Shown: piece after piece, positions 57,696 to 64,000 of the stretch
How positions within the stretch are numbered: the first letter of the stretch is position 1
How the letters are laid out: every line of letters begins with the position of its first letter
Origin: Eubacteriales bacterium
GTDB taxonomy: Bacteria > Bacillota > Clostridia > Oscillospirales > CAG-382
Length of the DNA stretch: 64,000 bases
Direction of reading: 5' to 3'
Assembly: GCA_045593165.1 (NCBI GenBank)
Contig: JAZNWF010000071.1
Location: forward strand, 5,987 to 69,986
The notes under the pieces: model-generated
Told to the model about the DNA's origin: nothing
What the model saw: only the letters and a program-made list of their open reading frames with translations
The model's database searches: none
Position numbers and translations under genes: made by a program

Positions 57696-59057
57696 ATGAA
57701 GAAATCCTATTCCGCAATCACACCCTACATTCAGGAAATGGCTGAAATTTCCTGCAAGAACAATGCAATAGAGCCTGCTATGTATCTGCACCACCATGTA
57801 AACAGAGGCTTACGTGATATGAACGGCAACGGTGTAGTTACGGGTCTTACCGAGGTTTCGAAGATAAAGGCTAAAGATATTAACGATTCGGGTGAGATAA
57901 TTCCCTGTGAGGGTCAACTTTGCTATCGCGGTATCGACGTTCGCGATTTTGTAAAGGGTTTCCGTGCCGATGACAGATTCGGCTACGAAGAAGCGGTATA
58001 TCTGCTTTTGTTCTCGGAGCTTCCCGACGCTGAGCAATTGGATCGCTTTAACAAGGAGCTTACCTCTTACCGTTCGCTCCCGAAATCCTTTGTACGAGAT
58101 ATGATATTGAAAGCACCCGGCAAGGATATGATGAATATGCTTTCGCGCTGTGTCCTTGCGCTTTATGCATACGATGACAATCCCGACGATATATCGATTC
58201 CCAACGTATTGCGCCAAAGCATGCAGTTGATTTCGATGTTCCCTCTGCTTGCTGTATACGGATATCAATCATACCGTCACTATCACAAGGGCAAAAGCCT
58301 GCACATACGTCTGCCCAAGCCCTATTATTCGACCGCAGAAAACCTTTTGCACATTCTTCGCAAGGACGGCGAATTTTCGTTGCTCGAAGCGCGCATCCTC
58401 GATCTTTCTATGGTACTACACGCTGAGCACGGCGGCGGTAACAACTCTACCTTCACTACTCACGTAGTAACCTCCTCGGGCACGGATACCTACTCCGCTA
58501 TAGCGGCAGCATTGGGCTCGCTAAAGGGCCCTCGTCACGGCGGTGCGAACATCAAGGTCGTAAAGATGTTTGACGATATGAAAAAGCACATAAACGTCAA
58601 AAACGTAGGCGAGATCGAGGATTACCTCGTCAAGCTTCTGGACAGACAGGCCTTTGACAACGCGGGGCTAATTTACGGTATGGGACACGCTGTATACTCA
58701 CTTTCCGACCCTCGCTCAGACATCCTGAAGGAATGCGCTCAGATGCTTTCCAAGGAAAAAGGAAAGGAAGAGGAATACGCGCTGTACGAAACGGTTGCAA
58801 GGCTTGCGCCGCAGATAATCGCCGAAAAACGCAAAATGTATAAGGGCGTAAGTGCAAACGTGGACTTTTACTCGGGTCTTATTTACAAGATGCTGAATCT
58901 GCCTAACGAGCTATATACCCCGATTTTTGCGGTATCGCGCATTGCGGGCTGGTCGGCTCACCGCATAGAAGAAATACAAAACGCAGGGAAAATAATCCGT
59001 CCCGCATACATAAGCGTAAAGGGCGACAGAGATTATATTCCTATGAGCGAACGATAA
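57696..59057 (+). CDS. Citrate synthase (citrate/2-methylcitrate synthase family)
   Basis: 453 aa. HAEHGGGNNSTF, GPRHGGAN, GMGHAVY, NVDFYSG motifs. Confidence 0.92.
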   Translation: MKKSYSAITPYIQEMAEISCKNNAIEPAMYLHHHVNRGLRDMNGNGVVTGLTEVSKIKAKDINDSGEIIPCEGQLCYRGIDVRDFVKGFRADDRFGYEEAVYLLLFSELPDAEQLDRFNKELTSYRSLPKSFVRDMILKAPGKDMMNMLSRCVLALYAYDDNPDDISIPNVLRQSMQLISMFPLLAVYGYQSYRHYHKGKSLHIRLPKPYYSTAENLLHILRKDGEFSLLEARILDLSMVLHAEHGGGNNSTFTTHVVTSSGTDTYSAIAAALGSLKGPRHGGANIKVVKMFDDMKKHINVKNVGEIEDYLVKLLDRQAFDNAGLIYGMGHAVYSLSDPRSDILKECAQMLSKEKGKEEEYALYETVARLAPQIIAEKRKMYKGVSANVDFYSGLIYKMLNLPNELYTPIFAVSRIAGWSAHRIEEIQNAGKIIRPAYISVKGDRDYIPMSER

Positions 59058-59063
59058 AACAAG

Positions 59064-59093
59064 CAGGACGGGAATTTCTCGTCCTGATTTTTT
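59064..59093 (+). terminator. Intrinsic terminator after citrate synthase
   Basis: caggacg-N9-cgtcctg stem followed by ATTTTTT. Confidence 0.8.
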
Positions 59094-59143
59094 CGAAAGA
59101 TTAAGATTTTTTAAGGTTAATTTTAGGAAACTCGTGTATATAC

Positions 59144-59226
59144 TAAAATGTTTTAAAATGTTATTATGCGATCATTCGACATAAAACGTTTTAAAATTAA
59201 AAACTTTTGTTGTTTTTTCAACAAAA
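59144..59226. promoter_or_regulatory. Cluster of repeats upstream of marR (candidate operator sites)
   Basis: Tandem TAAAATGTT-T-TAAAATGTT (59144-59162), perfect palindrome AAAACGTTTT (59183-59192), and inverted repeat TTTTGTTG-N6-CAACAAAA (59205-59226) abutting the RBS. Confidence 0.4.
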
Positions 59227-59241
59227 TTCAGAGGTGACGAA

Positions 59242-59694
59242 ATGGTCAGCGGATTTGAAAGATTCATCCTTTCCATCACAGAAATCGACAGATACTGGAA
59301 CAAGATCGCCGCAGAAGAAATGATCAAGCACGGATTGAAGAGCCCCTATGCAGTTTATCTCATTGTTTTATACAAAAACAAAGATGGAGTTACCCCAACC
59401 GAGCTTTGCGAGATATGCAGCCGTAACAAGGCAGACGTTTCCCGTGCAATGAGCGATATGCAGAAAAAGGGTCTGGTCGTAAAGGAAAACAACGGTAAAA
59501 ACATCTACCGCGCACGAATGCTGCTTACCGAAAGCGGAGTTGCTGCGGCACAGCGCATTTGCGATTCTGTTGCAAAGGCAGCTTTCGCGGACGGAAATAT
59601 CCCCTCCGACGAGCAGTTTGGTGCTCTTTACAACATGCTCGAGCTTATTTCGGGCAATCTTCTCAACGCTGTTACGACTATTGTATCGGAATAA
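59242..59694 (+). CDS. MarR family transcriptional regulator
   Basis: 150 aa. Winged HTH (VTPTELCEICSRNKADVSRAMSDMQKKGLVVKE). Confidence 0.85.
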   Translation: MVSGFERFILSITEIDRYWNKIAAEEMIKHGLKSPYAVYLIVLYKNKDGVTPTELCEICSRNKADVSRAMSDMQKKGLVVKENNGKNIYRARMLLTESGVAAAQRICDSVAKAAFADGNIPSDEQFGALYNMLELISGNLLNAVTTIVSE

Positions 59695-59704
59695 GATCCT
59701 TAAG

Positions 59705-60373
59705 ATGAAGAAAACGGTATTTTTATCAAACCTCGTTCTTCTCGTCGTGACCGCTATCGTCGCATACATATATTACTTGAACGGCGGTTTGCTTTTAAAG
59801 GGAGCGACAAGCGCCTGCTTTGTAGCTATCGGCGCACTGAACACATACTATTCCCTGCGTTATTGCAAAGCGCATAAGGGCTTTGCATTACTTACTTTTT
59901 GCGCGCTTTTGCTTTCGATGCTGGGTGACGTTATTATTAACGTTAACTTTATCATCGGCGCCGTAATTTTCGCGTTCGGACACGTATGCTACGTATTAGC
60001 TTTTACAAAAAGAAAAGCGTTTTGCAAAGCAGATATCCTCCTCGGAAGCATAATATTCGTATTTTCGGTTTTATTCCTATTGCTTATGCCGACTCTTGAT
60101 TTCGGCGGTCAAATAATGCAGATCATCTGTATTATTTACGCTCTTATCATCTCGTTTATGGTCGGAAAGGCGATAGCGAACGCAGTATTCCAAAAAAGCA
60201 GAACCGATTACACAGCCGCATTGGGAAGTATACTTTTCTTTGTTTCCGATATGATGCTTGTGCTTTACGTTTTTGGAGGGGCGGATCCGTTTATCAACAC
60301 GTTATGTCTTCTCACGTACGTGCCTGCGCAATGTATTTTCGCAGTATCTATTCTCCTATCGGCAAAAGAATAA
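59705..60373 (+). CDS. YhhN-family membrane protein (lysoplasmalogenase-like)
   Basis: About 222 aa, 7-8 TM. LLSMLGDVIIN and FFVSDMMLV motifs typical of YhhN. Start set at MKKTVFL. The track extension overlaps marR. Confidence 0.8.
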   Translation: MKKTVFLSNLVLLVVTAIVAYIYYLNGGLLLKGATSACFVAIGALNTYYSLRYCKAHKGFALLTFCALLLSMLGDVIINVNFIIGAVIFAFGHVCYVLAFTKRKAFCKADILLGSIIFVFSVLFLLLMPTLDFGGQIMQIICIIYALIISFMVGKAIANAVFQKSRTDYTAALGSILFFVSDMMLVLYVFGGADPFINTLCLLTYVPAQCIFAVSILLSAKE

Positions 60374-60386
60374 ACCCATTGTTATA

Positions 60387-60412
60387 AAGGAGCTTTGATA
60401 GCTCCTTTTTTT
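60387..60412 (+). terminator. Intrinsic terminator after the yhhN-like gene
   Basis: aaggagct-ttgat-agctcctt stem followed by TTTTTTT. Confidence 0.8.
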
Positions 60413-60413
60413 A

Positions 60414-60442
60414 TTGATTTTTTACTAAATATGTGTTATAAT
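60414..60442 (+). promoter_or_regulatory. Sigma-70-type promoter for the LysR-family gene
   Basis: TTGATT, 17 nt, TATAAT. Confidence 0.7.
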
Positions 60443-60481
60443 TTTAAAAATCACTTCGAAGATGTTCACGAGGTAGGATTT

Positions 60482-61402
60482 ATGAACATTATTCATATGA
60501 AATATGCCGTTGAGGTCGCACGGTTCGGCTCGATAAACAAGGCAAGCGAAAGCTTGGGAATGGCACAGCCGAATATAAGCAGAGCCATAAAGGACTTGGA
60601 AGCTGATCTCGGAATAACTATTTTCGACCGCTCCGCAAAGGGCATGAATCTCACGCCCGAGGGCAAGGAGTTCATTGCAAACTCGCAAAAGATTCTTAAC
60701 CAACTAAGCGAGCTTGAAGAGATGTACAGCGGCGGCATGCCAAACAAGCAAAAGCTTTCGCTTTCAGCTCCGCGCGCGGGATATATCGCCGATGCATTTG
60801 CAAGCTTTTCGCTTCACATCGCCGATACCTCTGCGGAAATTCTGCTCGACGAGACCGGCACTTACAACACCATAAAAAAGATATTATCGTCCGATTGCAA
60901 GCTGGGTATTATACGTTATGACGAGGATGCCGACGGATATTTTAAGGAAATGCTTGAGAAAAACGAGCTTTTATACGAAACCGTTGCAACATTCAGATAC
61001 ACTATACTCGTAAGTAAAAGCAGTCCGCTCGCTTCACTTGACAAGATAAGCGAAAACGATCTGCGCGATAAGATACAGATCACCCACAACGATCCCTACG
61101 AAGCAACGCTTTCCGCTTACGAAACCAAGAAGGGTGAAAAAAGAGGCAGCACATCGAGGTGCATATACGTGCTCGACAGCGCGGCACAGCTCGAGTTGCT
61201 TTCGGAAAATCCCGAAACGTTCATGTGGGTATCTCCCGTCCCCCAAAAGCTTCTTGACCGCTACGGTCTGGTTCAAATAGAGGGAGCAGATAACAAAAAG
61301 ACCTACAAGGACGTGCTTGTTCACCGCAGAGATTACAAGCTCACTCAGCTCGATAAAACCTTTATTAACGAGTTGAACAACGCAAAAAACAGCACATTTT
61401 GA
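60482..61402 (+). CDS. LysR family transcriptional regulator
   Basis: About 306 aa. N-terminal HTH (MKYAVEVARFGSINKASESLGMAQPNISRAIKDLE) and a substrate-binding domain. Confidence 0.88.
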   Translation: MNIIHMKYAVEVARFGSINKASESLGMAQPNISRAIKDLEADLGITIFDRSAKGMNLTPEGKEFIANSQKILNQLSELEEMYSGGMPNKQKLSLSAPRAGYIADAFASFSLHIADTSAEILLDETGTYNTIKKILSSDCKLGIIRYDEDADGYFKEMLEKNELLYETVATFRYTILVSKSSPLASLDKISENDLRDKIQITHNDPYEATLSAYETKKGEKRGSTSRCIYVLDSAAQLELLSENPETFMWVSPVPQKLLDRYGLVQIEGADNKKTYKDVLVHRRDYKLTQLDKTFINELNNAKNSTF

Positions 61403-61406
61403 TACC

Positions 61407-61441
61407 AAAGGGCTTTCCTGTTAAAAGGCAAGCCCTTTTTC
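61407..61441 (+). terminator. Intrinsic terminator after the LysR-family gene
   Basis: aaagggctt...aagcccttt stem followed by TTTTT. Confidence 0.8.
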
Positions 61442-61634
61442 TATATAAAAACGGCATAACAATCACATATTTTTCCATCAAAACGAAGTCCCGAAATCAT
61501 CAGTATTTCCAAAGGCTTTCGAACTGTTCCGGGGTATATCAATATATATAATATCGATATGCCTAACTCATAATTCCCAAAACGCATTTTTTTTGATAGA
61601 ATAATGTCGAATAATTAAAATAGGAGGAAACTGC

Positions 61635-62255
61635 GTGAAACAGACAAACGTTATGAAAGCCACACTCGGACGGCTTCCCTCTTATCTGGAATTTTTAAAG
61701 GGGCTTGCGCCCGACGAATACGTTAATATTTCCGCGACCGTAATTGCCAAATCGTTGGGTTTGGGCGAGGTGCAGGTCCGCAAGGATCTGAACTCGGTAA
61801 GCGGCGCAGGCAGACCTAAATTGGGATACGATAAGCGTGCTTTGATAAAGCGGCTCGAGGAGATCCTCTGTCCCACCGCAAACAGCCACGCGGTAATAGT
61901 CGGTGCAGGAAAGCTCGGCCACGCTTTATTGGAATACACCGGCTTTTCCAACTACGGCTTGACAGTATCTGCCGCATTCGACAACAACAAATCCTTGATT
62001 GGACGCACGTCGAGCGGAAAAGAAATACTTCCCATCGAAAGCATATCCGAATACTGCAAAAGCCAAAACGTGCGGATCGGTATTATCACCGTTCCCTCGT
62101 CCGCCGCACAGGAGATATGCGATCTACTGTTGGACTGCGGAATTACAGCCATATGGAATTTCGCACCGTGTGCATTAAGTGTACCCGACGGAGTGATTCT
62201 CCAGCAGGAAAACCTCGCGCTATCGCTTGCGCATCTTAAAACCCAAATGAAATAA
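61635..62255 (+). CDS. rex: Redox-sensing transcriptional repressor Rex
   Basis: 206 aa. RLPSYLEFL, a winged helix, and a Rossmann VGAGKLG. GTG start 7 nt after AGGAGG. Confidence 0.92.
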   Translation: MKQTNVMKATLGRLPSYLEFLKGLAPDEYVNISATVIAKSLGLGEVQVRKDLNSVSGAGRPKLGYDKRALIKRLEEILCPTANSHAVIVGAGKLGHALLEYTGFSNYGLTVSAAFDNNKSLIGRTSSGKEILPIESISEYCKSQNVRIGIITVPSSAAQEICDLLLDCGITAIWNFAPCALSVPDGVILQQENLALSLAHLKTQMK

Positions 62256-62291
62256 TTTAAACATAAACAACATCAAAAGGAGTATTTTATC

Positions 62292-62531
62292 GTGAAAGTT
62301 ACCATTTGCATCGGAAGTTCCTGCCATCTCAAAGGCTCGCGCCAGGTCGTTGAAGCACTTCAGCAGCTTGTCGCAACAAACAACCTCGGTGACAAAGTAG
62401 AGCTCGGAGGCACATTCTGCATAGGAAAATGCCAGCAGGGTGTTTGCGTCACCGTTGACGATGAATTTTTCTCGGTTACCCCTGACACTGTTAAAGAATT
62501 TTTCGAAACCCAGATACTCGCAAAGATCTGA
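62292..62531 (+). CDS. Small thioredoxin-like [2Fe-2S] ferredoxin
   Basis: 79 aa. CIGSSCHLKG ... FCIGKCQQG Cys pattern. GTG start after AAGGAG. Confidence 0.75.
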   Translation: MKVTICIGSSCHLKGSRQVVEALQQLVATNNLGDKVELGGTFCIGKCQQGVCVTVDDEFFSVTPDTVKEFFETQILAKI

Positions 62532-62553
62532 CGATTAAAACAGGAGTTTAGTA

Positions 62554-64000
62554 ATGCCTAACTGTTTGACACTTAAAAAGTCCAACTGTAAGAACTGTTA
62601 CAAATGCATACGCTACTGTCCCGTTAAATCAATTCGTTTTTCCGGCAACCAGGCGCACATCATCGGCAACGAATGTATCCTTTGCGGCAACTGCTTCGTT
62701 GTTTGCCCGCAGAACGCAAAGGAAATCGTCAACGAGACCGAAAAGGTTCGCGTTCTGCTTCAAAGCGGCGCGCCCGTTATTGTCAGCCTCGCCCCCTCAT
62801 TCATTGCGAACTATCAGGGCGTAGGTATAGAAAGCATGCGCAAGGCTTTGAAGGCATTGGGCTTCTTCGACGTAGAAGAAACCGCTATCGGTGCGACCAT
62901 GGTCAAGAACGAATACGAGCGCATTCTTCGCGAAGAAGACCGCGACATCGTTATATCGTCCTGTTGCCATTCGATAAACCTGCTTATACAGAAGCACTTC
63001 CCCAAGGAGCTTCAATATCTTGCGGACGTTGCATCTCCTATGCAGGCTCATTGCAAGGATATTAAAAAGCGCAATCCCGATGCAAAAACCGTTTTCATCG
63101 GCCCTTGCGTTGCAAAGAAGGACGAAGCTGAGCATTACGAGGGCATCGTAGACGCCGTTCTTACGTTTGAAGAGCTTACAAAATGGCTCGAAAGCGAAAA
63201 AATAGAGCTTGAACAAGAAATAATACCCGACGACAACAGCCGTACAAGATTTTTCCCGACGACCGGCGGCGTATTAAAGACTATGGCACAGGATGCTCCC
63301 GGATACACCTATTTGGCACTTGACGGCGTACAGAACTGCATTGCCGCATTGAAGGATATCGAAAACGGCAAGATACACAACTGCTTTATCGAGATGTCCG
63401 CTTGCGTTGGCAGCTGTGTGGGCGGTCCTATTATGGAAAAGTTCAACAGCAACACCGTAAGAGATTACATCGCGGTATCGGAATACGCGGGCACTAAGGA
63501 CTTTGACGTTGTTCAGCCCTCGCCTATCGAGTTGAAAAAGAATTTCGAATACATCGAGCTTCGCTCGCCGATACCTACCGAATCTGAGATACGCGACATT
63601 TTGAAGCAGATGGGTAAATTCAGACCCGAGCAGGAATTGAACTGCGGATCTTGCGGATACGATACCTGCCGCGAGAAAGCTATTGCTATATATCAGGGCA
63701 AGGCGGAGATATCGATGTGTCTTCCCTTCCTTAAGGATAAAGCGGAGAGCTTCTCGGACACCATCGTTAAGAATACCCCAAACGGACTTATCGTTTTGAA
63801 CGATAAGCTCGAGGTACAACAGATAAACAGTGCCGCGTTGAAGCTTATGAATCTCCGTTCGGCATCCGATATAATGGGCGATCAGGTAGTAAGAATACTC
63901 GACCCCACCGTATTTATGAATGTTCACAACACAGGCAGAGGCGTATACAACGAGCGCGTATATCTTGCAGAATATGGCAAATACGTTGAGCAAACCGTTG
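62554..64000 (+). CDS. [FeFe]-hydrogenase-like sensory protein (HydS-type) with PAS domain, 3'-truncated by the window end
   Basis: Hand-translated open frame, absent from the track because it has no stop in the window. Two CxxCxxCxxxCP ferredoxin motifs. H-cluster-like motifs SSCCHS / GPCVAKKDE / EMSACVGSCVGGP. NCGSCGYDTC four-Cys motif. Then a PAS-like segment (TPNGLIVLNDKLEVQQINSAALKLMNL). Confidence 0.85.
   Translation, partial: MPNCLTLKKSNCKNCYKCIRYCPVKSIRFSGNQAHIIGNECILCGNCFVVCPQNAKEIVNETEKVRVLLQSGAPVIVSLAPSFIANYQGVGIESMRKALKALGFFDVEETAIGATMVKNEYERILREEDRDIVISSCCHSINLLIQKHFPKELQYLADVASPMQAHCKDIKKRNPDAKTVFIGPCVAKKDEAEHYEGIVDAVLTFEELTKWLESEKIELEQEIIPDDNSRTRFFPTTGGVLKTMAQDAPGYTYLALDGVQNCIAALKDIENGKIHNCFIEMSACVGSCVGGPIMEKFNSNTVRDYIAVSEYAGTKDFDVVQPSPIELKKNFEYIELRSPIPTESEIRDILKQMGKFRPEQELNCGSCGYDTCREKAIAIYQGKAEISMCLPFLKDKAESFSDTIVKNTPNGLIVLNDKLEVQQINSAALKLMNLRSASDIMGDQVVRILDPTVFMNVHNTGRGVYNERVYLAEYGKYVEQTV

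Noticed and set aside
61551-61560. Perfect palindrome ATATCGATAT and surrounding AT-rich repeats upstream of rex, considered as a Rex operator
   Set aside because: It does not resemble the Rex box as I recall it (TTGTGA/TTGTTAA-N-TTAACAA/TCACAA type). It is short and sits in AT-rich low-complexity DNA. I found no convincing Rex box by eye anywhere in 61403-62553.
63274-63993. 239-aa minus-strand ORF
   Set aside because: It lies entirely antisense to the hydS-like frame, which has clear Fe-S, H-cluster and PAS motifs. The antisense product has no motifs, so this is a shadow ORF.
1-64000. CRISPR arrays, rRNA genes, transposases, restriction-modification or other defence genes, toxin-antitoxin pairs
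   Set aside because: I saw no regularly spaced direct repeats and no recognisable motifs for any of these in any frame. The small adjacent ORFs (901-1110, 6303-6590) do not have TA-like partners.

Overview
This 64-kb window looks like ordinary core chromosome from an anaerobic, Clostridia-class Firmicute. That assignment is an inference from gene content. The evidence is the yicC-remA-rpoZ-priA-def-fmt-rsmB-rlmN-stp-prkC-rsgA synteny, a rubredoxin/desulfoferrodoxin/flavodiiron operon, and Rex next to a sensory-type [FeFe]-hydrogenase. I call 62 protein genes plus one 22-codon leader ORF and 2 tRNAs (Thr-CGU, Leu-CAA). I call many sigma-70-type promoters, most with exact 17-nt spacers, and many intrinsic terminators. 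I saw no rRNA, CRISPR array, transposase, integrase, phage genes or recognisable defence genes.

Gene blocks:
- Minus strand, 47-14352: PHP phosphoesterase, M32 carboxypeptidase, MATE, DUF1846, HAD, IreB, pheST, rpoD, dnaG, dGTPase-like.
- Plus strand, 14539-28790: a DUF5685/J-domain/membrane trio, then the translation and cell-signalling cluster, ending at pssA.
- Mixed housekeeping, 28879-39681.
- BlaI/BlaR1-like pair.
- ZIP transporter.
- O2/ROS detoxification operon.
- ECF sigma pair.
- Eight-gene aromatic amino-acid operon, 49288-57278.
- Citrate synthase, MarR, YhhN, LysR.
- rex, a 2Fe-2S ferredoxin, and a hydS-like gene truncated at the window end.

I do not see a convincing new multi-gene system.

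The best unannotated signal is a 22-codon Phe/Tyr-rich leader ORF upstream of the aromatic operon. It has an overlapping antiterminator/terminator and looks like a ribosome-mediated attenuator. It is too short to appear in the ORF track.

Other items worth a second look:
- A 24-nt duplicate of the tRNA-Leu 3' end, next to a GC-rich structured element.
- The uncharacterised DUF5685, cysteine-string J-protein and membrane-protein operon.
- The Rex-associated putative H2-sensing hydrogenase module.
- A BlaR1-type sensor with a non-canonical leucine-rich-repeat ectodomain.
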